From the NCBI GenBank assembly GCA_905478415.1, contig CAJQIG010000001.1:150098-214097 (forward strand): a stretch of 64,000 bases of DNA. The letters run 5' to 3'. Shown here piece after piece: positions 8,535 through 18,768 of this stretch. The notes under the pieces were generated by a model. It saw only the letters and a list, made by a program, of their open reading frames with translations, searched no databases and was not told the DNA's origin. Numbering within the stretch: the stretch's first letter is position 1; every line of letters begins with the position of its first letter. Position numbers and translations under genes: made by a program. The stretch comes from an uncultured Patescibacteria group bacterium (GTDB lineage Bacteria > Patescibacteriota > Microgenomatia > UBA1400 > PJMF01).

Positions 8535-9459
8535 CCGAATGTTCTTTCCAGTACTGAGTAAAATACTGAACGGTTTCTGTAATACCTTCTTCTAAGCTCA
8601 CCTGTGCTCGCCAACCTAACTGCTTGTGAGCTTTGCCTGCATTTGCATAGAGCATTAATGGATCTCCTGGACGTTCTGGCAAGTGTTTGATTTGAGCCTT
8701 TTTTTGCATGGCTGATTCAATTGCAGCTGCAATTTCCAACACAGTAGATGGTTTTTCGGTGCTCAAATTAAAGTAGTGGTAGGCACCTGGATTTTGCAGA
8801 GCATAGTCAAGAGCTTTGAGGTGTGCATCGACAATGTCAGTCACATGAATATAATCTCGCTGGTGTTCTCCACTGCCATAGACGGTTACCTCTTGGTCGG
8901 TATAGATTTGTTTAATAAACCTTGGCATGGCATGTGATTCTGGCTCGTGGTGTTCCTTTGGACCATACAAATTAAAGTACCGAAGCGCCACTGCGGTAAA
9001 ACCATGAGCTTGTACATAACTAGAGATCAATCCTTCCATGGCAAGTTTTGTCATACCGTAGGGGTTAATAGGAATAGTTCGATCGTCCTCAGTAATAGGA
9101 ATAGTTTGAGGTTCCCCATACACAGCTGCTGATGATGAAAAAAGAAGTATTGTAATGTTATTTTCTCGCATCGCTTCTAGGACTGCAACAGTTCCAGAAA
9201 TATTAGTATCAACAAAAGTTTGAGGAAACTTGACTGATTCACCAGCTTCAATTAAGCCAGCTAAATGTAAGACGGCATCTGCATCCTTGATGACTTCTTT
9301 CATTCTCTGTGCATCTCGAATATCAGCTAAGATAGTTTCAACTTCAACATGCTTGGCTGGACGAATATCAACGTTTAAGACCGTATGACCAGCAGATTCG
9401 AGTGCTGGAATCATGTGACTACCCAAGAATCCCGAACCTCCTGTAACAATTATTTTCAT
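8518..9459 (-). CDS. NAD-dependent nucleotide-sugar epimerase/dehydratase (GalE-like extended SDR)
   Basis: ORF track 8518..9486 (TTG). ATG at 9459 gives MKIIVTGGSGFLGSHMI. YxxxK region: PYGMTKLAMEGL. AAGGAAAG lies 4 nt upstream of the ATG. Confidence 0.75.
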   Translation of the reverse strand: MKIIVTGGSGFLGSHMIPALESAGHTVLNVDIRPAKHVEVETILADIRDAQRMKEVIKDADAVLHLAGLIEAGESVKFPQTFVDTNISGTVAVLEAMRENNITILLFSSSAAVYGEPQTIPITEDDRTIPINPYGMTKLAMEGLISSYVQAHGFTAVALRYFNLYGPKEHHEPESHAMPRFIKQIYTDQEVTVYGSGEHQRDYIHVTDIVDAHLKALDYALQNPGAYHYFNLSTEKPSTVLEIAAAIESAMQKKAQIKHLPERPGDPLMLYANAGKAHKQLGWRAQVSLEEGITETVQYFTQYWKEHSDENQD

Positions 9460-9473
9460 ATCTTTCCTTTCGA

Positions 9474-10691
9474 TTATGCAACCCAATAGCCTTGTATAAA
9501 GAGAACTGTGTTTAATACTAACAAAATTCCGCTAAAAATAAACCAAGTGTATCTAAAGAGTCTATTTTTTTCTGTCCAGTCAGCTAGAACTATAAAAAGT
9601 GGAAAACAAACCAAGATGTATCTTGGCAAACTCGAGAAAGTACCAGTCAAGGTTGGAGCAATAAAGACTAAGAGAGAAAAAATAACGTAACTTAACCTGA
9701 CTTTTGTTGCTGAATATACAAGTAAACCCAATCCTACTGTACCAGCAATAAAATCTTGCAGATACGAATAATACTTGAAATCAAAAGGACGAGCAGTCAC
9801 CAAAATTTTTAAATAACGATATAAAACTTGAGGATACGTTACCACTACTTCCTCTCTAATACCTCCAAACTCCGCTTGAACATGAAAAAAATAGAGGGGA
9901 TCACCAAATTCAGTAGCCAGGTAGTACATATACGTTAAGAGACCTAATGATCCAAGTGCTACGGTTGCTAATGGAAGAGCGTGTTTAGAAATACGTTTTT
10001 GTGCCCATAGGACAAAATAATTTTTTTTCTTAAGTACTAAGTGTTGCATTTTATTCCAAGTATATCCTTCAAAAAGGATCTCAAAAAAAAGTGCTGGGAT
10101 TAAAAAGATACCGACAATTCTAGTAGCACTCGCTAAGGCTACAAAGAGCGCTGTCAGCATGTACTTCTTTTTTTGAGTTGCGATAAATGAAAGTATGACC
10201 ATCAAGAGAAAAAACGATTCTGTGTAAGCGGCACCGAAAAATAAGGAGGTGGGAAAAACTAGCAGGATTATGGTTGCTATGAAAGCTCTCTTCTTAGAGA
10301 AAGATTCTTTTACAAAATAGTACCAAGTAATAAGTAAGGCTGCAAAGGAAAGGTTGGAGAGTGCTAAGTTCGCCAATAAAATATTATCGATACTCTTATT
10401 GAGTAACGATGAAAAATAGGGATAAATAGGAAAGAAGGCTTGCATGTAACTTGCTGAACCATAGCCATCTCTAGTAATTGTAATGTAGTGGACACCATCA
10501 AAGTTTGCCCATGAATACAACCATTGTGGGAGTCCAAATGTATCAAGCAAACCAATAGAGTAAGGAAACGAAGGATCATAGGCCAAAAAAGTATTTGCAA
10601 AATACCCAACAAGAAAAAGTATGCTTCGCCACACCAAGAATATGCCCATAAGTGGGAAAATAAAATGAATCTTTTTACGTACTGCTACCAT
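9474..10691 (-). CDS. polytopic membrane glycosyltransferase, PIG-V/Mannosyl_trans2-like (GT-C fold)
   Basis: About 10 TM helices. The first loop carries W-ANFDGVHYITITRDGYGSASYMQAFFPIYPYF, resembling the W-D-x-E-H-[FY]-L-x-I-A-x-x-G-Y...AFFP motif of PIG-V-type mannosyltransferases (motif recalled from memory). Confidence 0.5.
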   Translation of the reverse strand: MVAVRKKIHFIFPLMGIFLVWRSILFLVGYFANTFLAYDPSFPYSIGLLDTFGLPQWLYSWANFDGVHYITITRDGYGSASYMQAFFPIYPYFSSLLNKSIDNILLANLALSNLSFAALLITWYYFVKESFSKKRAFIATIILLVFPTSLFFGAAYTESFFLLMVILSFIATQKKKYMLTALFVALASATRIVGIFLIPALFFEILFEGYTWNKMQHLVLKKKNYFVLWAQKRISKHALPLATVALGSLGLLTYMYYLATEFGDPLYFFHVQAEFGGIREEVVVTYPQVLYRYLKILVTARPFDFKYYSYLQDFIAGTVGLGLLVYSATKVRLSYVIFSLLVFIAPTLTGTFSSLPRYILVCFPLFIVLADWTEKNRLFRYTWFIFSGILLVLNTVLFIQGYWVA

Positions 10692-11739
10692 TTTTAAGAA
10701 TACTTTTATACACTGCTACCGTTTCATTGGCCACTTTTTCCCAGCTAAATGTTTGTGACCATTTATATGCTTCTCGGAGCCAAGTGATCCGCTTTGTTTT
10801 TGACCATGATAGTACTTGGTTTACAGCTTGAGCCATTTTTTCTGCTTGTGGCTCTGTAAAGATGACCTGCTCACCTCCGACTTCAATCAGAGAGGAGTTA
10901 TGACTACACACAACTGGAGTTCTACACTGCATAGCTTCTAACACAGGTAATCCAAAACCTTCATAGAGGGAAGGTTGTACATATGCTTGGGCACCACTAT
11001 AGATAGCAGCGAGTTCATCGATTGATTCAGTCAAGATTGATGGCAAAAATATAACCCGATCTTCGACATTGCTGAGTGCTAACTGTGTCTCAATCCATTG
11101 CCATTCCGGTATATCCTGAGGAGTAAAGTTCCGACCTAAGCAAACAAGTTTAACTTCAGGGTCCTCAATAAACTTCATCATTTTTATGAGTTGAGGAATA
11201 TTTTTATTATAGTTAATATCTCCGACGTAGAGCAGATATTTAGCTGGTAGTGCATTTTTCTTAGCTACTGTGGTAATCATTTCATCATTTTGAGCTTGCA
11301 GGTTTGGATTAGCAGCCAAGTACACAACATGAACCTTTTCTGTATGCACACCTAAATGTTTTACTATGTCTGCTTTTGAAGCCTGTGAATCCGTAATAAT
11401 GGCTGCTACATTTTTGAGAGCCATTTTTTGTTTGTGAAATCTGAGTTTTCCTTTTATACCTGGTTTGTATTGCTTCGGAAAAACAAGGGGAATCACATCA
11501 TGAATGGCAACGACTTTATTTTTTGATCCAGTCAAAGGTAAGGTGTTAAAAAAGAGGTCAAAAAATGGGTAGTGCACAACATCAGCTTTAATTTTTTCAT
11601 TTTTACCTAAAGTGCTTGTTTTATACACCTCAACATCATCTCTTTTTTCTAGTTCAGAGAGTAACATTCGAGCATAGGTACCAATACCTCTGGCCGAGTG
11701 ACCACCACTTAAAACGCTGGTTTCAAAGAGTAATTTCAT
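10675..11739 (-). CDS. glycosyltransferase family 4 (GT-B fold)
   Basis: C-terminal EGFGLPVLEAMQCRTPVVCS is the canonical GT4 E-x7-E nucleotide-sugar-binding motif. Confidence 0.85.
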   Translation of the reverse strand: MKLLFETSVLSGGHSARGIGTYARMLLSELEKRDDVEVYKTSTLGKNEKIKADVVHYPFFDLFFNTLPLTGSKNKVVAIHDVIPLVFPKQYKPGIKGKLRFHKQKMALKNVAAIITDSQASKADIVKHLGVHTEKVHVVYLAANPNLQAQNDEMITTVAKKNALPAKYLLYVGDINYNKNIPQLIKMMKFIEDPEVKLVCLGRNFTPQDIPEWQWIETQLALSNVEDRVIFLPSILTESIDELAAIYSGAQAYVQPSLYEGFGLPVLEAMQCRTPVVCSHNSSLIEVGGEQVIFTEPQAEKMAQAVNQVLSWSKTKRITWLREAYKWSQTFSWEKVANETVAVYKSILKNGSST

Positions 11740-12548
11740 GAACTGTCTCTTTTCTTATGTTCTCTCAACTCCCAGAGGAGTAGGTATGCTACCTGATGGT
11801 GCAATCCACTCATAAGCGCAAAAACAAATCCTGGAATTCCATCAACATACCCTCTGTGTCTGATAAATAATTGTACAAAAGTGTAGATGGGTTTATAGAT
11901 GACGTAGTTGAGTGTGTTTAAAATAGAAATTTGCAGGTTATCTTTTTCGAGCTGTTGCGCTTTAAAGTTTGTATAGGTGCTGAATTTTCGTAAATAATCT
12001 GAGAAAGTTGGATTTGCATAGTGTATCAAGTGCCCTTTGGCCCAACCAATCTCTCCTTTCACTTCCATTTGTTCATGGACATCTTTTTGTGGAAGTTTTG
12101 CATAACCATGTATGTACAGTCTAATAACTGGATCTGGATATTGACCTCCCTTTTTAAAGTAGTGACCTAAAAAGAAATTCTTTCGTTTTAGCCACCAAGC
12201 TACTGGAGAACCAGAATAAGTACTGCCAACTGTGAACCCAGACCGGACTACTTCTGTATGTAGTGATGTAATCCATTTCTTTTGTTCTTTGTCTGGCCAC
12301 TCGTCAGCATCTAATTGGAGTACCAGTTCTCCTTTGGCAGCATCCATAGCCATCTGTTTATTTATATGGAAATTTGCTTTATTAGTAGTGGAAATAATTT
12401 TGGCGCCATTTTTTTTCGCAATTTCAACTGTTTTATCTGTCGATGAACCATCTACAACAACAATTTCGTCAGCAATATCTGCAATAGATTGCAGACACTT
12501 TGCAATATTCTTTTCTTCGTTATAGGTAGCCAAGACGACTGATAACAT
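11736..12548 (-). CDS. glycosyltransferase family 2
   Basis: MLSVVLATYNEEKNIAKCLQSI...IVVVDGSSTDKT...LQLDADE is the GT2 signature. Confidence 0.8.
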   Translation of the reverse strand: MLSVVLATYNEEKNIAKCLQSIADIADEIVVVDGSSTDKTVEIAKKNGAKIISTTNKANFHINKQMAMDAAKGELVLQLDADEWPDKEQKKWITSLHTEVVRSGFTVGSTYSGSPVAWWLKRKNFFLGHYFKKGGQYPDPVIRLYIHGYAKLPQKDVHEQMEVKGEIGWAKGHLIHYANPTFSDYLRKFSTYTNFKAQQLEKDNLQISILNTLNYVIYKPIYTFVQLFIRHRGYVDGIPGFVFALMSGLHHQVAYLLLWELREHKKRDSS

Positions 12549-12611
12549 AGGGACATTGTATCAAAAGAAGTAGATTTGTTTTTTAGCACTTTTTAGGATA
12601 GATTGAACCAT

Positions 12612-14495
12612 ATGAAGAAATTACTCATTTTCGCTACTTTTGTTTATTTTCTACTCGCACCGATTACCTACCATCCCGACAATAAACTAGTGCTGAACTG
12701 GGCAAGTATCAACAACGGTACTAACTGGAATATCTGGAATGCAACCGCCGATGAACTCAAAGACGTAGGGCAATTCAACTATCCTCCAGTGCATTTTTAT
12801 TTAGACAAACTGCAGTACTTTATTACGAAACCTATTGGTGGCTCTGGATTTTACGAGTGGCTTTCGACCCCTAACTCTACCGACCAAAATCAGGACAGCC
12901 TTCCTCGATTTACTTTTGCGATCAAGTTCCCTCTCATGCTTTTTTCACTTTTAGCAGGGTACCTTTTATACTTACTTGCTAAGCAATCGAAAGCTACTGA
13001 GAAGCAAGCAATTTTTGTAAGTGCCTTATGGCTTCTCAACCCGATCACTTTGTATAGTATCCCTGTCATGGGACAAAATGACGTTATGGCTATCGTCTTC
13101 TTTTTGGCTGCTTGGCTCTTTTTAAATAAGAAAAAATTATTTTACTCAGCGCTCTTATTTGGTTTGGGAGCATCAATCAAAATGTTTCCATTGCTGTGGC
13201 TCCCCTTTTTACTTCTTGTCGAGAAACGTCTTTCCTTAAAAGAAAAACTAGTAACTTTTGGAAGTAGTGTGCTGGTCTACATCGCGACATTGCTCCCATT
13301 TATTTCTAACCCTGCATTTAGAGCTGCTGTGTTTGAACGAGGCATAGATCGACTTTTTATTGCTAGAATTGACTTGGGTTTCGAAGATAAAATTTTGATT
13401 GTACCAATCCTACTCATGCTTTTAGTTGCGGGAGCAGTTCATAAATATAAAACTATAGAGACAAAAAAAGTAATGATTCATCAAGCCAGTATTTTACTGC
13501 TGTTGAACATGATCTTTCTTTTCTTCAATCACTTTCATCCTCAATGGTTTACTTGGCTACTTCCTTTCTGGGCACTTTGGTTTCTTAACCAGAAAAAAGA
13601 AAATCTTGTTTGGGTCCTCCTTACAAACGGGATTGTTTTAGGAGCATGGGCACTTATCATTTTGCTCTTTAATGACACTGCACTTACGGCGGGACTCTTG
13701 ACTCCGTTAAATGCATTCTTAATGACGCTTCCTTCAATGAGAGAACTACTACTGAGTCAGGGTGTTGATGTTAAAACGTTCAATAATTATGGGCATACTT
13801 TGTTAGCGGGTATGGGAATACTTTACTTTTCATATTGGTTCAAGAGTCAAGAGGTTTCCCTCCGTCATTCTATAGGTGAGTTTAGGTACTTTTGGAAAAA
13901 AATACCCAAGTTAGTTCTCTATATATCAATTTTAGCAATTTCTTTTACTAGCATTCTTATGTTGACGTTTATTGCCAATGCAATTCCTACGCCTATTGCC
14001 AGTAACAATCCAGTAGTCGTTGATTATGAGCCTTTTGTTTCCACCATAGAACAAACATTTATTGGACAAACCAACGGTTTATACCGAATTGATTTATATT
14101 TGTCAGACATTGACCTACAAAATACAGACACATATAGAGTACAAATGATGTCGGAGGATGGAACGCTGGTTCTAGACCAAGTCTTTTCTGGTATCAATAT
14201 TGGATATAAATCTGAAATCCGTTTTGATCTAAGATCTCAAGGAAATTCAATGAACCAACCCTACACCATTAAGCTGATTCCCCTTGAAATAACAGAAGAA
14301 GACCCATTGGAGATAGCATTAACAGAATCTGACAGACTTGAATCATTTGCCTTTCGAAGTTTCTATAAAAAGCCCCGTGGGAACAAGTATCTGGGGTATG
14401 TGCTGACAGAAACACTCCAACAGGATTTCAACATACTCAAGCAGGTTCCCATTGTCATTATCGCTCTTCCTATTTTACTCTGGTTGGCACTCTAA
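12612..14495 (+). CDS. large polytopic membrane protein (~13 TM), putative GT-C-like glycosyltransferase
   Basis: ORF track 12603 (TTG)..14495. ATG at 12612 (MKKLLIF). Multiple TM helices and a C-terminal ~170 aa hydrophilic domain. No definitive catalytic motif identified. Confidence 0.5.
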   Translation: MKKLLIFATFVYFLLAPITYHPDNKLVLNWASINNGTNWNIWNATADELKDVGQFNYPPVHFYLDKLQYFITKPIGGSGFYEWLSTPNSTDQNQDSLPRFTFAIKFPLMLFSLLAGYLLYLLAKQSKATEKQAIFVSALWLLNPITLYSIPVMGQNDVMAIVFFLAAWLFLNKKKLFYSALLFGLGASIKMFPLLWLPFLLLVEKRLSLKEKLVTFGSSVLVYIATLLPFISNPAFRAAVFERGIDRLFIARIDLGFEDKILIVPILLMLLVAGAVHKYKTIETKKVMIHQASILLLLNMIFLFFNHFHPQWFTWLLPFWALWFLNQKKENLVWVLLTNGIVLGAWALIILLFNDTALTAGLLTPLNAFLMTLPSMRELLLSQGVDVKTFNNYGHTLLAGMGILYFSYWFKSQEVSLRHSIGEFRYFWKKIPKLVLYISILAISFTSILMLTFIANAIPTPIASNNPVVVDYEPFVSTIEQTFIGQTNGLYRIDLYLSDIDLQNTDTYRVQMMSEDGTLVLDQVFSGINIGYKSEIRFDLRSQGNSMNQPYTIKLIPLEITEEDPLEIALTESDRLESFAFRSFYKKPRGNKYLGYVLTETLQQDFNILKQVPIVIIALPILLWLAL

Positions 14496-14514
14496 AGAAT
14501 CTGTATACTTGGAG

Positions 14515-16224
14515 ATGATGAAAAAAATTGTTACACAGAAGTTTTTTATTTATCTAGGTTTGGTCCTAGCTCTGGCAATTATTTTGAGATTTCCTTTTTT
14601 AAATACCTTTCCACCGAGCATGGTTCAAGATGAAGTTGGCTTGGGATACACAGCAATTAGTATTGCTGAAACGGGTAAGGATGAGTGGGGAAACTCATTT
14701 CCACTTGTTTTTAAATCCTTCGGAGACTATAAACCACCTGCCTTTTTTTATGCTACTGCCCTTCTTTATAAGATTGTAGGCTGGCAAGAAGTATTGCCAA
14801 GAATAACTTCTGCTTTGGCAGGCCTTTTTGTTGTTCTCTTTGGAGCACTTTGGATCCGAAAAATAGGTAAGTCAGACCATCTTGGTTTAATTGGGGGGCT
14901 CATCCTAGCAGTCAGTCCATGGACAGTACATCTGAGCAGAATGGCTTTAGAGTCAAACCTCGGTTTAGCATTCTTTTTTGGAGGGTTGTTTTATTTGAGT
15001 GATGCTAAGAAATCAAAGTTAAAGGTAGTGCTTTCAGCGTTATTTTTCAGCCTCAGTACTTACAGTTACCATGGATTTAGATTCACGGTAGTTCTATTTT
15101 TAGGGTCTGTTCTGGCAGTCACCGTGATTGCTCACTTGAAGCATATTCGTGCCCACTTTGCTGAAATAAGAACACTGAGTATCGTATTGCTTCTTTCAAC
15201 TATTTTATCTTTGCCAGGATTTTTTATTGGGGGCGCAACCAACAGATTAGATCAGACACTCACGTTGACTTCAGAAAAAACACTGTATTTGTATAATCAT
15301 TATGAAAACAACTGTCATGTCACTTTCATAGAAATCCATCCTCAGTTAACGAAACTCTGCAAACTAAAATATAATCGCTTTACCAAACCGTTGCTGATTG
15401 GAACTGATAGTTTTGTTAAGCACTTATCTCCAGCCTTCCTTTTCTTTGTTGGTGATTCTGATGTAGGTAGAAATCCAACTGAAGCTGGAGAGTTTTTTGT
15501 TATTCTCTTTCCAATTTGGATGATCGGAATCTTACTTCTCATTAAGAACTATCGTCAGCAACTGTTATTAGTGGTCGGATACTTCATTGCTATTCTGCCT
15601 TCAACATTTGCGGGAGATCCTCATGCCATTAGAATGTCTGCGCAGATTCCCTTTGTAGTGGCAGTGCTAGTACTTGGGTATGATTATCTGAGAAAAAAGT
15701 ATAGTAATTTTTCTAAGATAGCTATCATCACCTTACTTTTCTTTACAGGGGCATATGCGCTGATGTATGGCGTAACCACCTATGCGACTCATGAAGGGAC
15801 TGCTACATTTTTATCCTATGCAAAAAAGATTGCAGTACTTTCACACCAATACGCCCAAGATGGGTTTGTAGTGTATGCTGACCACGACCTTTACCCAGAA
15901 CCACATATGTACTATGCATACTATAATCACATAGATCCAGTGCTCACCCAGCAATCATTTGCGAACATCTATGAAGAAAGTACTGGGTTTACTCGACCAA
16001 CTCAATTTGGAAATCGAGTTTTTTTTGAAGAAGGAAATAGTAAGTCCTTAACCTGTGATAGTGAGTATACGCAACCAACAGTATTTATTACGAATGACCC
16101 TCAAAAATTCACTCCTACTAAAACCATTCAAGACAATACAAACACGTATGATTTTGCATACGTGTATACTATAGAAGCAATGAGAAGTGAAAAAACGAAA
16201 CTACTGAGTTTTTGTAATAGTTAG
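14515..16224 (+). CDS. PMT/ArnT-like membrane glycosyltransferase (GT39/GT83-type, GT-C)
   Basis: ORF track 14452 (TTG)..16224. ATG MMKKIV at 14515. After TM1 comes MVQDEVGLGYTAISIAETGKDEWGNSFPLVFKSFGDYKPP, then SPWTVHLSRMALESN. This is the characteristic DE-loop architecture of Dol-P/Und-P sugar dependent PMT/ArnT enzymes. Confidence 0.75.
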   Translation: MMKKIVTQKFFIYLGLVLALAIILRFPFLNTFPPSMVQDEVGLGYTAISIAETGKDEWGNSFPLVFKSFGDYKPPAFFYATALLYKIVGWQEVLPRITSALAGLFVVLFGALWIRKIGKSDHLGLIGGLILAVSPWTVHLSRMALESNLGLAFFFGGLFYLSDAKKSKLKVVLSALFFSLSTYSYHGFRFTVVLFLGSVLAVTVIAHLKHIRAHFAEIRTLSIVLLLSTILSLPGFFIGGATNRLDQTLTLTSEKTLYLYNHYENNCHVTFIEIHPQLTKLCKLKYNRFTKPLLIGTDSFVKHLSPAFLFFVGDSDVGRNPTEAGEFFVILFPIWMIGILLLIKNYRQQLLLVVGYFIAILPSTFAGDPHAIRMSAQIPFVVAVLVLGYDYLRKKYSNFSKIAIITLLFFTGAYALMYGVTTYATHEGTATFLSYAKKIAVLSHQYAQDGFVVYADHDLYPEPHMYYAYYNHIDPVLTQQSFANIYEESTGFTRPTQFGNRVFFEEGNSKSLTCDSEYTQPTVFITNDPQKFTPTKTIQDNTNTYDFAYVYTIEAMRSEKTKLLSFCNS

Positions 16225-16237
16225 GTCAGTGATTCTT

Positions 16238-17137
16238 ATGAAAATCAAAAGAATTCTTTTATTGGTTGAAAACTATCTACTACCTATTTTTTTATTATTT
16301 GCTATTACAATAATTTGTCTTGAATTTTTGACTCATACCAACTTCATTTTGGAAACTCTACATATAGATTACGTTGATACATTTATCATAGCTAGTTTTT
16401 TATACTTAGTGAGTAAGATTAGGAACGGGACGGCTTTTTTCAGAAAGCATTGGCAAACTGCAATCTTCTTGCTACCTCTCTTTCTAACAGCGATATTCAT
16501 GATCGTTTTTATGAGGCATCACTCTTTCTACCTTTTTATTGAAAAAGAAGACTCGCTGATTGAATGGGGTCAGTTTCTTTTTATTGCTCTGAGTAGTATT
16601 TTTAGTTTCTTACTGTATCGCAAATGGTATCAAAAACATACAATTCTTGGTATTTTGTTTTTCCTTGCTGCCATTGGTTTCTTTGTGATTGCTGGAGAAG
16701 AAATTTCTTGGGGACAACGAATTTTTAACATTCAGACTCCCGAAGAGTTTGCAAAGATGAATTCTCAAGGTGAAATAACCCTGCACAACTATGGCCCAGT
16801 GTTTGGCTATGTGTACCGAGCCTATGCCCTACTAGGATTCATTGGTGCTGCAGCCTGGACAGTAAAGAGAGCCATCACCAAACAGTTAGCAACTGAGTAT
16901 AAGAAAATTACCGAAGTTTTAATTCCGAGTTGGTACTTTTTTTTCTACTTCTTTACGACTTTTGCGTATAATCTCTATTTCCATATTTTATTCCCAAGAA
17001 CTGGGGGAAATACTGGCGATGATCTCTTTGAAGAACCGATCGAACTACTCCTTTTCTTTGGCGTAGCTCTCTTCCTTTTTACTCTACTACTTTCTGTCTA
17101 CTCAAAATCTAAGCAGCGAAAGCAACGAGCAAAATGA
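16238..17137 (+). CDS. polytopic membrane protein (~8 TM), unknown function
   Basis: ORF track 16229 (GTG)..17137. ATG at 16238. Stop overlaps the next start (ATGA at 17134-17137). Conserved-looking EEISWGQRIF loop. Confidence 0.5.
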   Translation: MKIKRILLLVENYLLPIFLLFAITIICLEFLTHTNFILETLHIDYVDTFIIASFLYLVSKIRNGTAFFRKHWQTAIFLLPLFLTAIFMIVFMRHHSFYLFIEKEDSLIEWGQFLFIALSSIFSFLLYRKWYQKHTILGILFFLAAIGFFVIAGEEISWGQRIFNIQTPEEFAKMNSQGEITLHNYGPVFGYVYRAYALLGFIGAAAWTVKRAITKQLATEYKKITEVLIPSWYFFFYFFTTFAYNLYFHILFPRTGGNTGDDLFEEPIELLLFFGVALFLFTLLLSVYSKSKQRKQRAK

Positions 17138-18768
17138 CTACTTATTTAAAAAAACACAGCACCGTTATTACTCTGCTTTTAATTTTAGTTCTTGCAACTT
17201 TTCTTCGAGTAGTCAAACTAGATACAACGCCAAGTGGTTTTCATGCAGACGAGGCATCCTTTTACGTCAATGCCGTCGCGCTTTCTGAAACTGGGGCTGA
17301 TGAAGATAATGTCAGGTTGCCAATATCCCTGTCATCCCTTATAGACCCAAAGCCCGCCTTGTATTCATATTTTCAAATTCCCTTTATAACAACACTAGAA
17401 AATCAGGTGCTAGCTTCTCGTTTGCCTGCTGCTCTGATGGGAATAGCTTCATTAGTTGTTATATATCTACTACTCTTACAGATTATCAGTACAAATGTTG
17501 CACTTTTAATGACTCTTATTTTGAGTATTTCTCCTTGGCATATTGTCGTTAGCAGAGGCACTCAGGAGGTAATTGCTTCTTTCTTTTTTATGACTCTAAG
17601 TTTGTTGTGTCTGTTGCTGTATCAAAAAAAAACCAGCTACAAAAAAGTGATTGCTTTTTCTGTTTCTGCTTTTTTAAGTATGTATTTTTATCATTCGGCT
17701 AAAGTATTGTTGCCATTACTAGTCTTTGGACTAAGTATGTACTCTTATAAAAAATCAAAAGACTCAATAAAGATCTTCATTACAGTGTTGGGCATTACTT
17801 TCCTCGCTGCTCTATTTTCAGTACTGGTTCAAGAAAGTACCTCTAGAATTGCAGCCGTAGGTATTCTTACAGATGAAGCTCCAATGCATAGATTAGTAGA
17901 AAAAATATATACACTACATGGCGAACTACCTGTGCCAGTGGTACGAATCTTTTATAACAAAATCGGTGCATATCTTGGAGCTATAGCTGAAGAGTATGTA
18001 GCTTATTTTTCACCTGAGTTCTTATTTCTAGAAGGTGGAAAACCATTTAGATATACTGTTCCGGGTCATGGATTACTCTATCTAATTGAAATTCCACTTC
18101 TCCTGTTAGGTTTGTTTTCGGCGATCAGATCTAAAAAGAAAGCCACCTACTTATTTTTAGGATTGTTACTGTTAGCACCTATTCCAGCAGCTTTAACAAC
18201 TCAAGAGACACCCAGTATGATTCGCTCTTTCCCTATGGTGATAGCGCTTGCTTATTTTATTGCGGTGGGAATTTCCAGTATTTATTCTGCTAGATTTCAG
18301 TATGTAAGACACCTCACTCTTCTTAGTATTATTCTTGTGTACTGTTGGCAAATTGGGTACTTTGCTCTGCAATATGATGTTCAGGCTTATTATGACACTC
18401 CTTGGTATCGAAACAGCCCGTACTCCGACATTGCAAAGGAAGTCGCTGCAAGTTCTGATAACTATCGAGAAATTAGAGTCACCAATGACCTTCGCCCTCT
18501 CTATGCCTACTTTGCAATTGAAAACTTGTTTGATGTAGCAGAGCTGCAAACACAGCCTCATGCGCGCGACAATGCAGAGTATCGTTTGGGTAAGTTTGTT
18601 TTTAACCGTGGTGTTTGTGATCTGGGAAGCCGAGAGCAAGGTGTTCTCTATATCGCTGAGACTCAGTGCAGAGAAAGAATAGAAGATGCATCATCTTTTA
18701 AAGTAGTAAAAACAATTTCGTATCAGGATGGAACTCCGGTCTATGAACTTCTTGAAATTACAGAGTAA
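17134..18768 (+). CDS. PMT/ArnT-like membrane glycosyltransferase (GT39/GT83-type)
   Basis: TM1 is followed by TTPSGFHADEASFYVNAVALSETGADEDNVRLP, then SPWHIVVSRGTQE. DE-loop signature. Confidence 0.75.
   Translation: MTTYLKKHSTVITLLLILVLATFLRVVKLDTTPSGFHADEASFYVNAVALSETGADEDNVRLPISLSSLIDPKPALYSYFQIPFITTLENQVLASRLPAALMGIASLVVIYLLLLQIISTNVALLMTLILSISPWHIVVSRGTQEVIASFFFMTLSLLCLLLYQKKTSYKKVIAFSVSAFLSMYFYHSAKVLLPLLVFGLSMYSYKKSKDSIKIFITVLGITFLAALFSVLVQESTSRIAAVGILTDEAPMHRLVEKIYTLHGELPVPVVRIFYNKIGAYLGAIAEEYVAYFSPEFLFLEGGKPFRYTVPGHGLLYLIEIPLLLLGLFSAIRSKKKATYLFLGLLLLAPIPAALTTQETPSMIRSFPMVIALAYFIAVGISSIYSARFQYVRHLTLLSIILVYCWQIGYFALQYDVQAYYDTPWYRNSPYSDIAKEVAASSDNYREIRVTNDLRPLYAYFAIENLFDVAELQTQPHARDNAEYRLGKFVFNRGVCDLGSREQGVLYIAETQCRERIEDASSFKVVKTISYQDGTPVYELLEITE

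Noticed and set aside
12549-12602. Divergent promoter pair in the 54-bp gap between GT2 (minus) and the 12612 membrane gene (plus). The same was considered at 40621-40713 and 24296-24333.
   Set aside because: The regions are AT-rich with several possible -10-like hexamers, but there is no convincing -35/-10 pair at proper spacing. Promoters must exist there, but I cannot place them reliably by eye.
14452-14514. Upstream TTG start for the PMT-like gene (track 14452), overlapping the preceding gene by 44 nt
   Set aside because: An in-frame ATG pair (MMKKIV) at 14515 gives a conventional N-terminus immediately before TM1 and removes the overlap. The TTG extension translates to an implausible hydrophobic junk leader.
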